This document shows positions 1 to 13,539 of a stretch of 64,000 bases of DNA, in pieces. Under the pieces are notes generated by a model, which searched no databases, was not told the origin of the DNA, and was given only the letters and a program-made list of their open reading frames with translations. The stretch's first letter is position 1, and the number at the start of each line of letters is the position of its first letter. This DNA is from Macrostomum lignano. Its lineage: Eukaryota. The translations under genes were made by a program, and so were the position numbers. Location: assembly GCA_002269645.1 (NCBI GenBank), contig NIVC01000225.1, forward strand, positions 350,416 to 414,415, read 5' to 3'.

Positions 1-1140
1 GCTCTTTAATGTTTGACATCGTAGCTCTGTTATGTTCGAAATTGTGGCTCTTTAATGTTTGACATAAAGTCACATATATGTTTGACATGGTGGCTCCTAA
101 ATGTTTGATATGGTGGCTCTTTATGTTTGACATGTTGGCTCTTTTATGTTTGACATGTTGGCTCTTTTATGTTTGACATGGTGGCTCTTTAATGTTCGAC
201 AAAGTGGCTCCTAAATGTTTGACATAGTGGCTCTTTAATATTCAAAATGGTGGCTCTTTATGTTTGACATGGTGGCTCTTTAATGATTGACATGGTGGCT
301 CTTTTATGTTCGAAATGGTGGCTCTTTAATGTTCGAAATGGTGGCTTTTTAATGTTCAAAATAGTGGCTCTTTTATGTTTGACATGGTGGCTCTTTAATG
401 TTCGAAATGGTGGCTCTTTAATGTACGACATAATGGCTCTTTAATGTTTGACAATGTGGCTTTTGAATGTTTGACATGGTGGCTCTTTAATGTTTGAAAT
501 GGTAGCTCTGTTATGTTCGACATGGTGGCTCTTTAATATTCTTCATGTTATAGCTCTTTCATGTTTGACATGGTGGCTCTTTAATGTTCGAAATAGTGGC
601 TCTTCAATGTTCGAAATGGTGGCTCTTTAATGTTTGACACAAAGTCACATATATGTTTGACATGGTGGCTCTTAAATGTTTGACATGGTGGCTCTTTATG
701 TTTGACATGTTGGCTCTTTTATGTTTGACATGTTGGCTCTTTTATGTTTTGACATGGTGGCTCTTTAATGTTCGAAAAAGTGGCTCCTAAATGTTTGACA
801 TAGTGGCTCTTTGATGTTCGAAATAGTGTCTCTTTTATGGTCGACATGGTGGCTCTTTAATGTTCGAAATGGTGGCTCTTTAATGTTCGAAATAGTGGCT
901 CTTTTATGTTCGACATGGTGGCTCTTTAATGTTCGAAATGGTGGCTGTTTAATGTTCGAAATGGTGGCTCTTTTATGATTGACATAAAGTCACTTATATG
1001 TTTTACATGGTGCCTCTTAAATATTAGACATGGTGGCTCGTTTAGGTTTGACATGGTGGCTCTTTTATGTTTGGCATGTTGGCTCTTTAATGTTCGACAT
1101 GGTGGCTCTTCTATGTTTCACATTGCGCTTCTTTTATGTT
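1..1140. repeat. Minisatellite, ~24-25-bp unit (ATGTTYGAMATGGTGGCTCTTTWA); runs off the window start
   Basis: Dozens of degenerate tandem copies visible directly. Confidence 0.95.
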
Positions 1141-1187
1141 TAGTAGTTTTGTGTTTTTTAGGTGTTTTAATAAAAAAATCTTTTTTG

Positions 1188-1251
1188 CACTACTAAGATT
1201 CGAACCCAGGTCGCTACATTAGCAGTCCAGTCTGTTCGCATCTTGGCTATC
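1188..1251 (-). pseudogene. tRNA-Ser(GCT)-like relic / tRNA-derived SINE head
   Basis: Minus strand reads GATAGCCAAGATG...GACTGCTAAT...GGGTTCGAATC: A-box-like start, Ser-GCT-type anticodon arm, perfect B box. The acceptor stem does not close. Confidence 0.45.
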
Positions 1252-1259
1252 TCTTTTCA

Positions 1260-1735
1260 ATTGGAAAACATGAATTGTGGCCCTTATAATTCAATTCTTA
1301 CAGCAAGTCAATTGGAGTAAAAAGTTATGACATAATCAATTTCTCAGTCAGCCAGAAGCAGTCTAAATTTAAGTTGGCAATATGGTTACGCAATTTCATT
1401 CAAGTTTTGTGTGCATTTGTTCGGCACTGTTTTCAACTTGTTGTGATGCAATCTTTATCACAATCGGAATTCAGTCAGTCAGTTTTTTCTCTAGCATTCT
1501 TACAATGCATTTCAGGTCGAAAGAGCTGCTTGACCTTTGCAAAAAAAGCATGTTTTTCGAATATTTAATCCCTTTAACATTGAGCAATTTCTTAGCCAAG
1601 ATGCATGTACCGTCCCAGGAAAATTTCTGATCGAATGGTGCAAGTTTGAAGAAAATCGGTTGAGCCAATTTTTCTGAAATCTATCGCATACCTACCCACA
1701 TACATACAGACAACTCATTTTTAGTATATAGGAAG
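1260..1735 (+). mobile_element. Possible non-autonomous Helitron/HINE-like element
   Basis: Ends AAGTTTGAAGAAAATCGGTTGAGCC...CATACATACAGACAACTCATTTTTAGTATATAG, resembling 3' ends of invertebrate non-autonomous Helitron-like repeats. Boundaries uncertain. Confidence 0.3.
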
Positions 1736-1904
1736 TTAGCGGTGCGAGAAACCGCGTTTCACGGCCCGCTGAGACTGTCTATGGTAAAATCTAAGAAATT
1801 TTATGTAGCCAAAAAACTCCTTATTTTGTGAATCGAAAATAGTAACTGATACTAAGCATTATTAAGCAGTAATAAGGTTTATTTTCGAAATATACAAGTT
1901 GTAA

Positions 1905-2185
1905 AAACATTAACTAGATTAGAACTAGCCTAGACTAGACTAGACATAAGCGCGCTTGTATGCCTGCTCAGGGGAGTCGGCGGAATGGGCAGCAATGCCT
2001 CTCGCCGGTTGTGTGCCTATGTCGCTAAAGTGTGCCAGGGTGCACACAACCCCCCTGCCTCTAATAATAATAGACTAGTTTAAATACTAAACTAGATTAG
2101 CACTAGACTAGACTAGACTAGGCTAGGCTAGACTAGACATAAACTAGACTAGATATAAACTAGACTAGATCAGAACTAGACTATA
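1905..2185. repeat. (ACTAG)n pentanucleotide tract interrupted by a SINE fragment
   Basis: CTAGA repeats on both sides of 1950-2071. Confidence 0.8.
1950..2071 (+). mobile_element. 5'-truncated copy of the tRNA-derived SINE, with (AAT)n tail
   Basis: Near-identical to the 3' ~120 bp of the full SINE at 17005-17365. Confidence 0.9.
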
Positions 2186-2906
2186 AGATTTAGTATATTG
2201 TGATTATATTTCAAATCCGATTGGATTTGACTTGAACCCACTGGAAAAACCCTTCGGGAAAATCTCGACGGGAAAACTCTCGCGGTAAATTCTCGTAGAG
2301 CCGTTGCAGGTTACTGCATCAAATTAGCAACTGGTTTAGTTAGTGAGACGGCATTGTGAGCAATATAATGTGTCTCAATTAGTATAAAGCCAGTAAAAAA
2401 GATTTTGAAGAGATCGATTTTATCAAACAAGTTTGCTGGTAAATTTAAATTTACGATTTCTTGCTGATGTGGCCATTCCCGCCCGCAGGAAGCAAAGTAA
2501 TTTTTACCAAACGTACACTGCATCAGCCTATGATTACGGGATATAGAGAATAGAATGGGGGTTCTTGAATCCGCGGCGGCAACGGCTCTCGCTAAAACAA
2601 AAAAAAATTGATGCGATGAGTTGCCCTGTGTTTCTTTCTCTTGCACGTCCTGCAGCGCGCAGTCTCTCTGAGCTCAGCGAGGCCTCCCACCCCCAAATTC
2701 AGCTCTCCTATCGTTCTGTTGCCAAGGGGAAGCTCTATGGAGCGGAGAAGGGGGATGGGAGCGCTGGGGCCCATGGGGGGCTGAAGCAGAAAGTTGCTCT
2801 TGGCTTCTGCCAGCAGTGCGAGGGCCGCGGGGAGGTCCTCATGGTCCTCTCACCTCATCCACCCGACAAACTGCTGGCTGGCTACCCCCACTCTACCTCT
2901 CCAATG

Positions 2907-2920
2907 GTTGCCATGGAAAC
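2907..2920 (+). promoter_or_regulatory. RFX X-box upstream of caveolin A
   Basis: GTTGCCATGGAAAC matches the X-box consensus GTNRCC(N0-3)RGYAAC closely, ~186 bp before the ATG. An identical 14-mer occurs upstream of caveolin B. Confidence 0.65.
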
Positions 2921-3105
2921 CGCGGCGTCCCAGCCTCTACACCAACCCCGACCGCCACCTCCGCTTCACGGATGGGGATAAAACCCCGGCCGCCGAGGCG
3001 ACAGGAGGGCTCCCATTCACTTGCTGGAGGTAGGCAAAGCCCCATTAGTAGAACTTAATCTGCAAAGTTTGCACCTGTTGCACAGTGGCTGAGACAAAGA
3101 GCCTA

Positions 3106-3601
3106 ATGACTGAGATCGATCTTGTCAACCGCGATCCCAATGGAATCAACTCCGGGATCCAGGTGAGATTTCGAATACTATTGACATTTTCAAAATAAAA
3201 AAAGATCGCTTTAGACAACAAGACTACTCACGCTTTTTTCGACTCAAATCTTAAATTTCCAGGTGAAATTCGAGGATGTTCTGGCCGAGCCGGATGGCGC
3301 GCACTCCATGGACTGCGTGTGGCAGAACAGCTACAAGTGCTACACCTGCGGCCTGTCGCTGTCCTACAAGATCGCCACCCTGCTGTGCGGCATCTTCATC
3401 GCACTGCACTGGGGCTGCACTTTCGGCTGCTTGGCCTTCAACCAAATCTGGATGATCACGCCTAAGTGCAAGGTGTTCGAGATCCAGATGTCCTGCTTCA
3501 GGCGTTTCTTCACCACGATCTTGGAGTGCTGCCTGGGCCCGTGCTGCGCCACCTGCGGCATGTTCTTCAGCAACATCACCGTCACGAACAAGTCGGGCTG
3601 A
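3106..3601 (+). CDS. CAV: Caveolin A (131 aa); exons 3106-3162, 3263-3601
   Basis: MTEIDLVNRDPNGINSGIQ|VKFEDVLAEPDGAHSMDCVW: caveolin DLVNRDP and FEDVxAEPxGxHSxD signatures; phase-0 GT-AG intron; Cys-rich C-terminus. Confidence 0.95.
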
Positions 3602-4313
3602 TTTCAATAGTCCAGCTCTCCTGGGCACTCAGCAACTGTGCAACAAGGAACTGAAGTTTAGCAAAGTTGAACAATGCTTTAAGTTGACTTTATCGATAAA
3701 TAACAATATGCATATAAAATTACTGTTTTTTATTGTGTTCGATTCCGCTAAAAAACTGTTTTGATTTTATTTTCCCAAAGTTTTCCTTAAGTTTATTTTC
3801 ATCTGAATAATAGATTTGGAAGGATTCACTGACGCCCAAACTTTTTCTTTGCAAATCTCTCACTTATAAAATAAACTGCGTTTTTTGCCAGTTTCTTATT
3901 TTCCCAGCCCTCCAGCGAAGAAAGTTATATTTGTTATATCTATTTGGTAAAACAATACTGCGGACCACTGAAAATCGGCTCAGTGATTCCTGCAGATGGC
4001 CTTATTATTAGTGTGCTTGCTTAACCCTTTGTGCACCGCTTTCAGGTAGACAAGCGAACCATTTGGCAGAAATTTTAATACCGCCCTGTTTTCTGTCGAT
4101 ACGCGCACCATAATCTTCATCTTTTTCTGTCCCATGCAACAGCCGGGACCTGCAAGCTGACTGTTCGACTCGAAAAGGGTGACCATTTTTACAGTGTTCA
4201 ATACAAACAATATAACGAACTGGATTGCTGTCTTGCTGTGTTAAATTCTCTAATTCTCAACAAGGATATACTCCATTGGATGGATAGATACCGGTAGATG
4301 GATAGAAAAATGC

Positions 4314-4496
<183 letters not shown>

Positions 4497-5104
4497 TATG
4501 GAGGAACTCATCTATGGAGGCTTTGTGGGATTAGAGGAGGAACTCAGGTCGCACAAGAAAAAGATTTCAAAAATTAAATACTTAGGATCTTTCAATCTAA
4601 TTTTAATCTCAGGTAAAACATTAGTAAGCAAAAGACTTAGACAGCTGCTGATGGAGAACAGGGAGAGAGCTGCTGCTTGGAAGAAGCGCCATTGTTTACC
4701 ATCCTCTGCGCTCCCAGCCTCTCCGGTTTCCAAGGCTCCGTTTGAGAGACGTGGAGGGGAGGGGAGGTCGGTTGGAGGAAGGCAGGGGTCGCGCACGGAG
4801 GAATCCAGGGTTGCCTTGGAGACCGGGGAGAGATGTCGGGGGAGACAAGCAAAGTGAGGACGGAGAGTTGAACATTTCCCCCCCCCTTAGTAACCCTCCC
4901 TCAGAGAAAAACAAAAGATACGCTTTCCCCCCTTCCTCCATTGTGGGCTATTCATTGTCGAAATGCTTTGTACAGAAATAGCCGTATATTCTAGCAGGGG
5001 ATATAATTAGGGAAGAGCTTGTTTCAAAAGCACGTTGTACATTGCACAGCTGCGGCTGCTGCTGGGAGGCTTCCAAATCATTTCTTTCCTAAGCCCTCTA
5101 TCCC

Positions 5105-5119
5105 GTTGCCCTTGGCAAC
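5105..5119. promoter_or_regulatory. Palindromic RFX X-box-like motif between the caveolins
   Basis: GTTGCC-CTT-GGCAAC: perfect inverted half-sites with a 3-bp spacer. Confidence 0.45.
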
Positions 5120-5309
5120 CGAAACTTAAGAGAAGCTTTAGCTGCAATATGGGGTTGGGAATGCTTGTATTCCCGTAGTCTCAGCTGAGGCCAGAAATTT
5201 CTATAGGAAATTCATAGGCGCTTTTTGTAGTGCATTTATTGCTGGTGTTCTGGGAGGCACTCTAAAGAGAGACCAGTCAATCATTATTAAGTTTTGTGTT
5301 GGCCCAATT

Positions 5310-5940
5310 CGAGTGTCAGGGGTGTCAGGGGGACTGGCGCCAGCTCGGGTGTCAGAGGGACTGGCGCCAGCTCGGGTGTCAAGGGGGACTGGCGGCAATT
5401 CCGGTGTCAGGGAGGACTGGCGGCAATTTGGGCGTCAGGGGGACTGGCGCCAATTCGGGTGTCAAGGGGGACTGGCGCCAATTCGGGTGTCAAGAGGAAT
5501 GGCGCCAATTCGGTTGTTAGGGGGGACTGGCGGCAATTCCGGTGTCAGGGAGGACTGGCGCCAATTTGGGTGTCAGGAAGGACTGGCGCCAATTCGGGTG
5601 TTAGGGGGGACTGGCACCAATTCGGGTGTCAGGAAGGACTGGCGCCAATTCGGGTGTCAGGGGGGACTGGCGCCAATTCGGGTGTTAGGGGGGACTGGCC
5701 CCAATTCGGCTGTCAGAAGGAATGGCGCCAACTCGGGTGTCAGAAGGACTGGCGCCAATTCGGGTGTCAGGGGGGACTGGCGCCAATTCGGGTGTCAGAG
5801 GGGACTGGCGCCAATTTGGATGTCAGGGGGGACTGGCGCCAATTCGGGTGTCAGGGGGGACTGGCGCCAATTCGGGTGTCAGGGGGACTGGCGCCAATTT
5901 GGATGTCAGGGGGACTGGCGCCAATTCCAGTGTCAGGAAT
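5310..5940. repeat. Minisatellite, 27-28-bp unit (GGGGGACTGGCGCCAATTCGGGTGTCA)
   Basis: Direct; explains the repetitive ORFs at 5294-5965. Confidence 0.95.
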
Positions 5941-6149
5941 AGGCGTCAGGTCCTTTCGCCTTTAGCTCCCGAAGTGGCCAGGATTATTTCCCAATTTCTA
6001 GCTAATAATGCTCAACAATATAACCCAAACACTATTATATCACTCTTCAGTCCAAGTCACAAGGCAGCTGTAATTATTGAGTAACTAATCGAAAAGTACA
6101 TGCGGCAACAAAAAGGAACAAAGCAAATAAAGAGCCCAAAGAGCAAAGG

Positions 6150-6350
6150 AAGAAATGCAATATTGTTGGGAGTGAGACCTGGAGCTTAAGGCAGAGAGAG
6201 AGCCCTGCTTAGCCGTGTAAGGGAAAGGAGGAAGGCGAACGCGCTATGCAAACAGGTCCTCGGGCCTCCAGAGCCTATTAAGTCAACCAAAAAGTCATAT
6301 TTCCAAAGCCATAAGGTATTGGTCATTGACATGGGAGTGGACGCTTGCTG
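6150..6350 (+). mobile_element. Decayed LINE (RTE-like) 3' fragment
   Basis: Translates to ...GSETWSL..., resembling the LLYGSETW motif downstream of the RT domain in RTE LINEs. Confidence 0.3.
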
Positions 6351-6413
6351 CACCGTCAAGGCTTAATCCCACTTCTTCCCCCAACCGCCCCCCAGAGAAT
6401 CAGCCCAGCTAGC

Positions 6414-6427
6414 GTTGCCATGGAAAC
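6414..6427 (+). promoter_or_regulatory. RFX X-box upstream of caveolin B
   Basis: GTTGCCATGGAAAC, identical to 2907-2920; ~760 bp upstream of the ATG at 7185. Confidence 0.6.
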
Positions 6428-7184
6428 CACCCAGCTCGCTATATGTAGAAAGCTCCAACTCCAACCTGCATTGAGCCAGTCCTATAGTCTCTTTCTGGAG
6501 AGGGATGGGAGCCGCGCATAGTGTTGAGCACGCGAAGATAGTATCCCCATTGTTCTGAGTCTGCTTCTGGGAAGGACAGGAAAATCAGTTGGAAGCGGAC
6601 TTCAACTGGGGATAGGGGTATGGCCAAGGTGATCCTGGTCGAGAATTTGGAGCAACCAACTATGTTTTGTATTTTTTGCAAGAGTTGTCACTCCAGACTC
6701 TCGTTCTATAGGCCTCCTTGGTCAGGCAGCTTTTGATTTTGAGTAAGACAAGGCGAGAAGTAATCAGTTAGGAAAGTGACAGAGCGGCACCGGATGAGTT
6801 GCCTAGCAGCCGTCTGTTGTATACTGAATTATACAGTTGAAGGCTTTGAACAAAGGGACTGGCACACAATAGGCCTGTGTGCGTAGACTTTTTTATTTAC
6901 TTATATACAGGTGCGTGCAGTTGCAGCTGTGGAGATTTTGGGAAAGTGCAATACAACCTGTTTGAATTTGTGGCTGGCTGAGGCCATCTCCGAAGTGCAG
7001 AAGTTGCACTTAAGGAAAGACATTGAATGATTGAGAAATGGGTGCGCCATGAGGTTAGAGAGCAAATAAAGTTTAGGACAGGGCTGGGATTAATTCATAT
7101 ATTCTTTAAGATTGACTTAACGGCCTGCTTACCGAAAGCCCTAAACAGCTTCAACTCGGTTCTCGATTCTTTCGAAATCAGATA

Positions 7185-7895
<711 letters not shown>

Positions 7896-8259
7896 TCTTC
7901 TTTTCGGGATCGCTATAGTCTTTGGGAAAATTTCGACTTGCTATCTGATCAAGCTTAGGCAATTTGGTTGGTTTTCAATACTTGGTTTCTTGAAAATTAT
8001 CTTTGTTTTCCGAAATTCCCGTGAAATACATGTAGATGACCTGATAAACTTTATAAGACGGGCAACGCCATTTATCTGTTGTTTTTTATCAACCTTGCGT
8101 AAAATGGTTGCTATAGTCAAGATAAGTTACTGTTATTTCTAGTAGTGATGCTGAAATTGTTGGAAATATTTATTTCAAATGTAAAATTAATATTATTTTC
8201 AACCGTCTTGCAATAAATAATAAATAAGACAGCTCGACGAGTATACGTAAGATAAACCT

Positions 8260-8265
8260 AAAAAA
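8260..8265 (-). terminator. Pol III terminator (T6) of tRNA-Glu
   Basis: Run of six T on the minus strand 5 nt after the tRNA 3' end. Confidence 0.8.
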
Positions 8266-8270
8266 GTATA

Positions 8271-8342
8271 TTCCCTGACCGGGAGTCGAACCCGGGCCGC
8301 CTGGGTGAGAGCCAGGAATCCTAACCGCTAGACCATCAGGGA
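8271..8342 (-). tRNA. trnE: tRNA-Glu (anticodon CTC)
   Basis: TCCCTGATGGTCTAGCGGTTAGGATTCCTGGCTCTCACCCAGGCGGCCCGGGTTCGACTCCCGGTCAGGGAA: full cloverleaf with paired acceptor and anticodon stems, A and B boxes. Confidence 0.97.
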
Positions 8343-8629
8343 CTTATTGAACTGCTGGCTCTAACATTAGAGTTGTTGCTATCTGGGAAAATCCTCTGCT
8401 TTTGAAATATGCATGTCCCACTCCGAGCTTCCATTGATAAGAATTGTTCCTGTGAAGTTGACTTGCTGCCAAGCGATATTAGCAGAACTGTTCTCGCATT
8501 TCTGATAGCTTGCCTTTAAGATTTGAGTTCTGAGCCTGAGGTTCCAAGCATAAATAGTTCGTTTGTTTATACTTGAGAATGCCAAAATAGCTGACTCTCT
8601 CCTATTATAGCTCGCACTCGTATCATTGA

Positions 8630-10022
8630 ATTCAAAGCAGCTTGAGTTCCAAGCAACTTGAGTTCCAAGCAGCTTGAGTTCCAAGCAACTTGAGTTCCAA
8701 GCAGCTTGAGTTCCAAGCAACTTGAGTTCCAATCAGCTTGAGTTCCAAGCAACTTGAGTTCCAATCAGCTTGAGTTCCAAGCAGCTTGAGTTCCAAGCAA
8801 CTTGAGTTCCAAGCAACTTGAGTCCTAAGCAACTTGAGTTCCAATCAGCTTGAGTTCCAAGCAGCTTGAGTTCCAAGCAACTTGAGTTCCAAGCAGCTTG
8901 AGTTCCAAGCAACTTGAGTTCCAAGCAGCTTGAGTTCCAAGCAACTTGAGTTCCAATTAACTTGAGTTCCAAGCAACTTGAGTTCCAAGCAACTTGAGTC
9001 CTAAGCAACTTGAGTTCCAATCAGCTTGAGTTCCAAGCAACTTGAGTTCCAAGCAACTTGAGTTCCAATTAACTTGAGTCCTAAGCAACTTGAGTTCCAA
9101 TCAGCTTGAGTTCCAATCAGCTTGAGTTCCAAGCAACTTGAGTTCCAATTAACTTGAGTTCCAAGCAACTTGAGTCCTAAGCAACTTGAGTTCCAATCAG
9201 CTTGAGTTCCAAGCAACTTGAGTTCCAAGCAACTTGAGTTCCAAGCAACTTGAGTTCCAAGCAACTTGAGTCCTAAGCAACTTGAGTTCCAATCAGCTTG
9301 AGTTCCAAGCAACTTGAGTTCCAAGCAACTTGAGTTCCAAGCAACTAGAGTTCCAAGCAACTTGAGTTCCAATTAACTTGAGTTCCAAGCAACTTGAGTT
9401 CCAAGCAACTTGAGTTCCAATCAGCTTGAGTTCCAAGCAACTTGAGTTCCAAGCAACTTGAGTTCCAATCAGCTTGAGTTCCAAGCAACTTGAGTTCCAA
9501 GCAACTTGAGTTCCAAGCAACTTGAGTTCCAAGCAACTTGAGTCCTAAGCAACTTGAGTTCCAATCAGCTTGAGTTCCAAGCAACTTGAGTTCCAAGCAA
9601 CTTGAGTTCCAAGCAGCTTGAGTTCCAAGCAACTTGAGTTCCAAGCAACTTGAGTTCCAATCAGCTTGAGTTCCAAGCAACTTGAGTTCCAATTAACTTG
9701 AGTTCCAAGCAACTTGAGTTCCAAGCAACTTGAGTTCCAATCAGCTTGAGTTCCAAGCAACTTGAGTTCCAATTAACTTGAGTTCCAATTAACTTGAGTT
9801 CCAAGCAACTTGAGTTCCAATCAGCTTGAGTTCCAAGCAACTTGAGTTCCAAGCAACTTGAGTTCCAATCAGCTTGAGTTCCAAGCAACTTGAGTTCCAA
9901 GCAACTTGAGTTCCAATCAACTTGAGTTCCAAGCAGCTCGAGTTTCAAGCAACTTGAGTTCCAAGCAGCTCGAGTTTCAAGCAGCTTGAGTTCAAAGCAG
10001 CTTGAGCTCAAAGCAGCTCAAG
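8630..10022. repeat. Minisatellite, 16-bp unit (AAGCAACTTGAGTTCC), internally dyadic
   Basis: Long run of tandem copies; source of the MELKLLGTQ ORFs. Confidence 0.97.
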
Positions 10023-10498
10023 TTTTAGCTGTCATGTCTGTCTATAGCTACTTGTCTAAATGCATCTTTCCCCAAGTTCACTAGACATTTGAAAATTTTA
10101 AGAAGACATTCGGGTTGCTTTGGATTTAGTACGAGGCTTGATCTTAGCAGTGCACATAGCCTTGTCACTATTGTATTTAAAAAAAACAAATTCTGACCTT
10201 ATTGTCATAACTTTAGTTGATGGACTGTTCACTCCAGTTGCAGCATAAATTTACGTGCATCTGCTACAAGAATACATGCATGCACGATGTATCAACAACA
10301 ACAAGAAGAATAATTAAAAACACTTTTGGTGTTTTCATGGTGAACATATGCTGTGAATGAATTCTGAATCCACTCAAATAATTCTATTCGAGTTAAAACA
10401 GAGAAGTACAAGTCCTGTGCAGTATGACTAACCTATTCTAATGGAGTACAAAAACTACTTATTGTGAACTTCATTCGATTTTAAATTTTGATTTCAAG

Positions 10499-12181
<1,683 letters not shown>

Positions 12182-13539
12182 GGCTAAGCTTGATTAATTG
12201 TGCTCTGGCACAGTAGAATGTTAGCTTTTTTGCGGTACAGCAACGCGGGAAGTTTTGGCTCGCCCGATTTCTATCTGATCTGCTTGCTTTTATGGAATCG
12301 AGGATTCCGCAGTTCCGGTCGTTGTTCGCCTCTCTGCACTTTGTACAGCAGGTACAGTTTGGCATAACTTTTACTATGGCCAGTTCTTGGAATTCGCGTA
12401 CAGGGTTCGAAAGGAATATGTAGGAAGGAGCTGGGTTCATCACTGCAGTATTCCTTCGTCCTGGATCCTCCTGGCTAAATCAGGATAGAGGATTTTTGCG
12501 GCACAAGGGGGTAAAAGTGAGGCAAGACAGGCAGGCAAAGGAGAGAGATGAAAATCGATTGGGACCAAAAGTACAAGCGTTCCAAATGAACAGTGCTTTT
12601 TACTGTAGCCGTCTGTTTCTGTTTTCAGCTTTGTTGGGTGTAACATCCTGTAACTGTATATACTACTGTGTTCTCTCAGCTGCTGTCTGATTCTGGAGAT
12701 TTTTTATGTAAAATTAGATTTCAATGCATCATAATCTTCTCAATTTACTGCATTTATAATTACAAATCTAGCTTGTTCCTTTAAGGTTATTTATACCTTA
12801 TTTCATCAGCACCCGTTGATAAAAAAACAGCTGAGTCCAGCCTAGCTGCAGACTGAGAGGTACGATCGAGGCCCAGAGCCTGCTGCAAATCAGAGAGATA
12901 AGTCAGTCAGAGTGTTGCAGCGAGCCTGGCCAAGGCGGAGTCTCCCACAAGACGGGCTGAGCAGCAGGTCGGCGAGCGGGCGCCCCCGTGCATGCAGGGC
13001 ACGGAGGCATGCAGTGACTGATCAACAAGTAAGTCTGATGTCGCCTCTGCATGGTATATAGGATGCGGCCAACGGCTCGGTGTTGCTCAGCCGCTTGGAA
13101 AATCGGATGCCCAGGGTGTTCCGCAGGAGTTGGTGATGACAGTCACGCAAACAGCCTCCAGCCCGTTAGGTCAGCAGCGTCTCAACTTCCGAGCGGAATA
13201 GGGCGACCCAGGCTGTCGGTGGCGAGCCGGCAGTTAATAAAAATGGAGTGAAGAAGGTTGGGAGGCCCACTACGCCAGCTGGTTGTAGTTGTTGGCAATG
13301 GCATTCATTGTCAACCATCGAAAATGGCAATACATATAACCCAATGGATGGCATGTCCGAATCTACATTCGAAATAGCATTATTGGTCGAATGCTTAATA
13401 AATAAGCTTGAAAAATGAACGAAAGTCATTTTTACGGTTAACAAAATCTTTTTTTTAATGTGTGAATGAGTACTCGTATTCTTGGAATTCTTGGCCACTT
13501 CACAGATTGGCAACATTTGCTAGCTGTAAACGGCCACGT

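Noticed and set aside
5294-5965. Repetitive ORFs (GDWRQFGCQ)n; similarly 59468-60093 and 61683-62888
   Set aside because: Tandem-repeat artefacts. No spacers between units, so not CRISPR-like either.
8379-10011. Series of MELKLLGTQ... ORFs
   Set aside because: Read-through of the 16-bp array.
13050-13290. Possible RTE 5' UTR with an HDV-like ribozyme
   Set aside because: Could not assemble the nested double pseudoknot (P1, P1.1, P3/L3, J4/2) by eye; link to the downstream LINE unproven.
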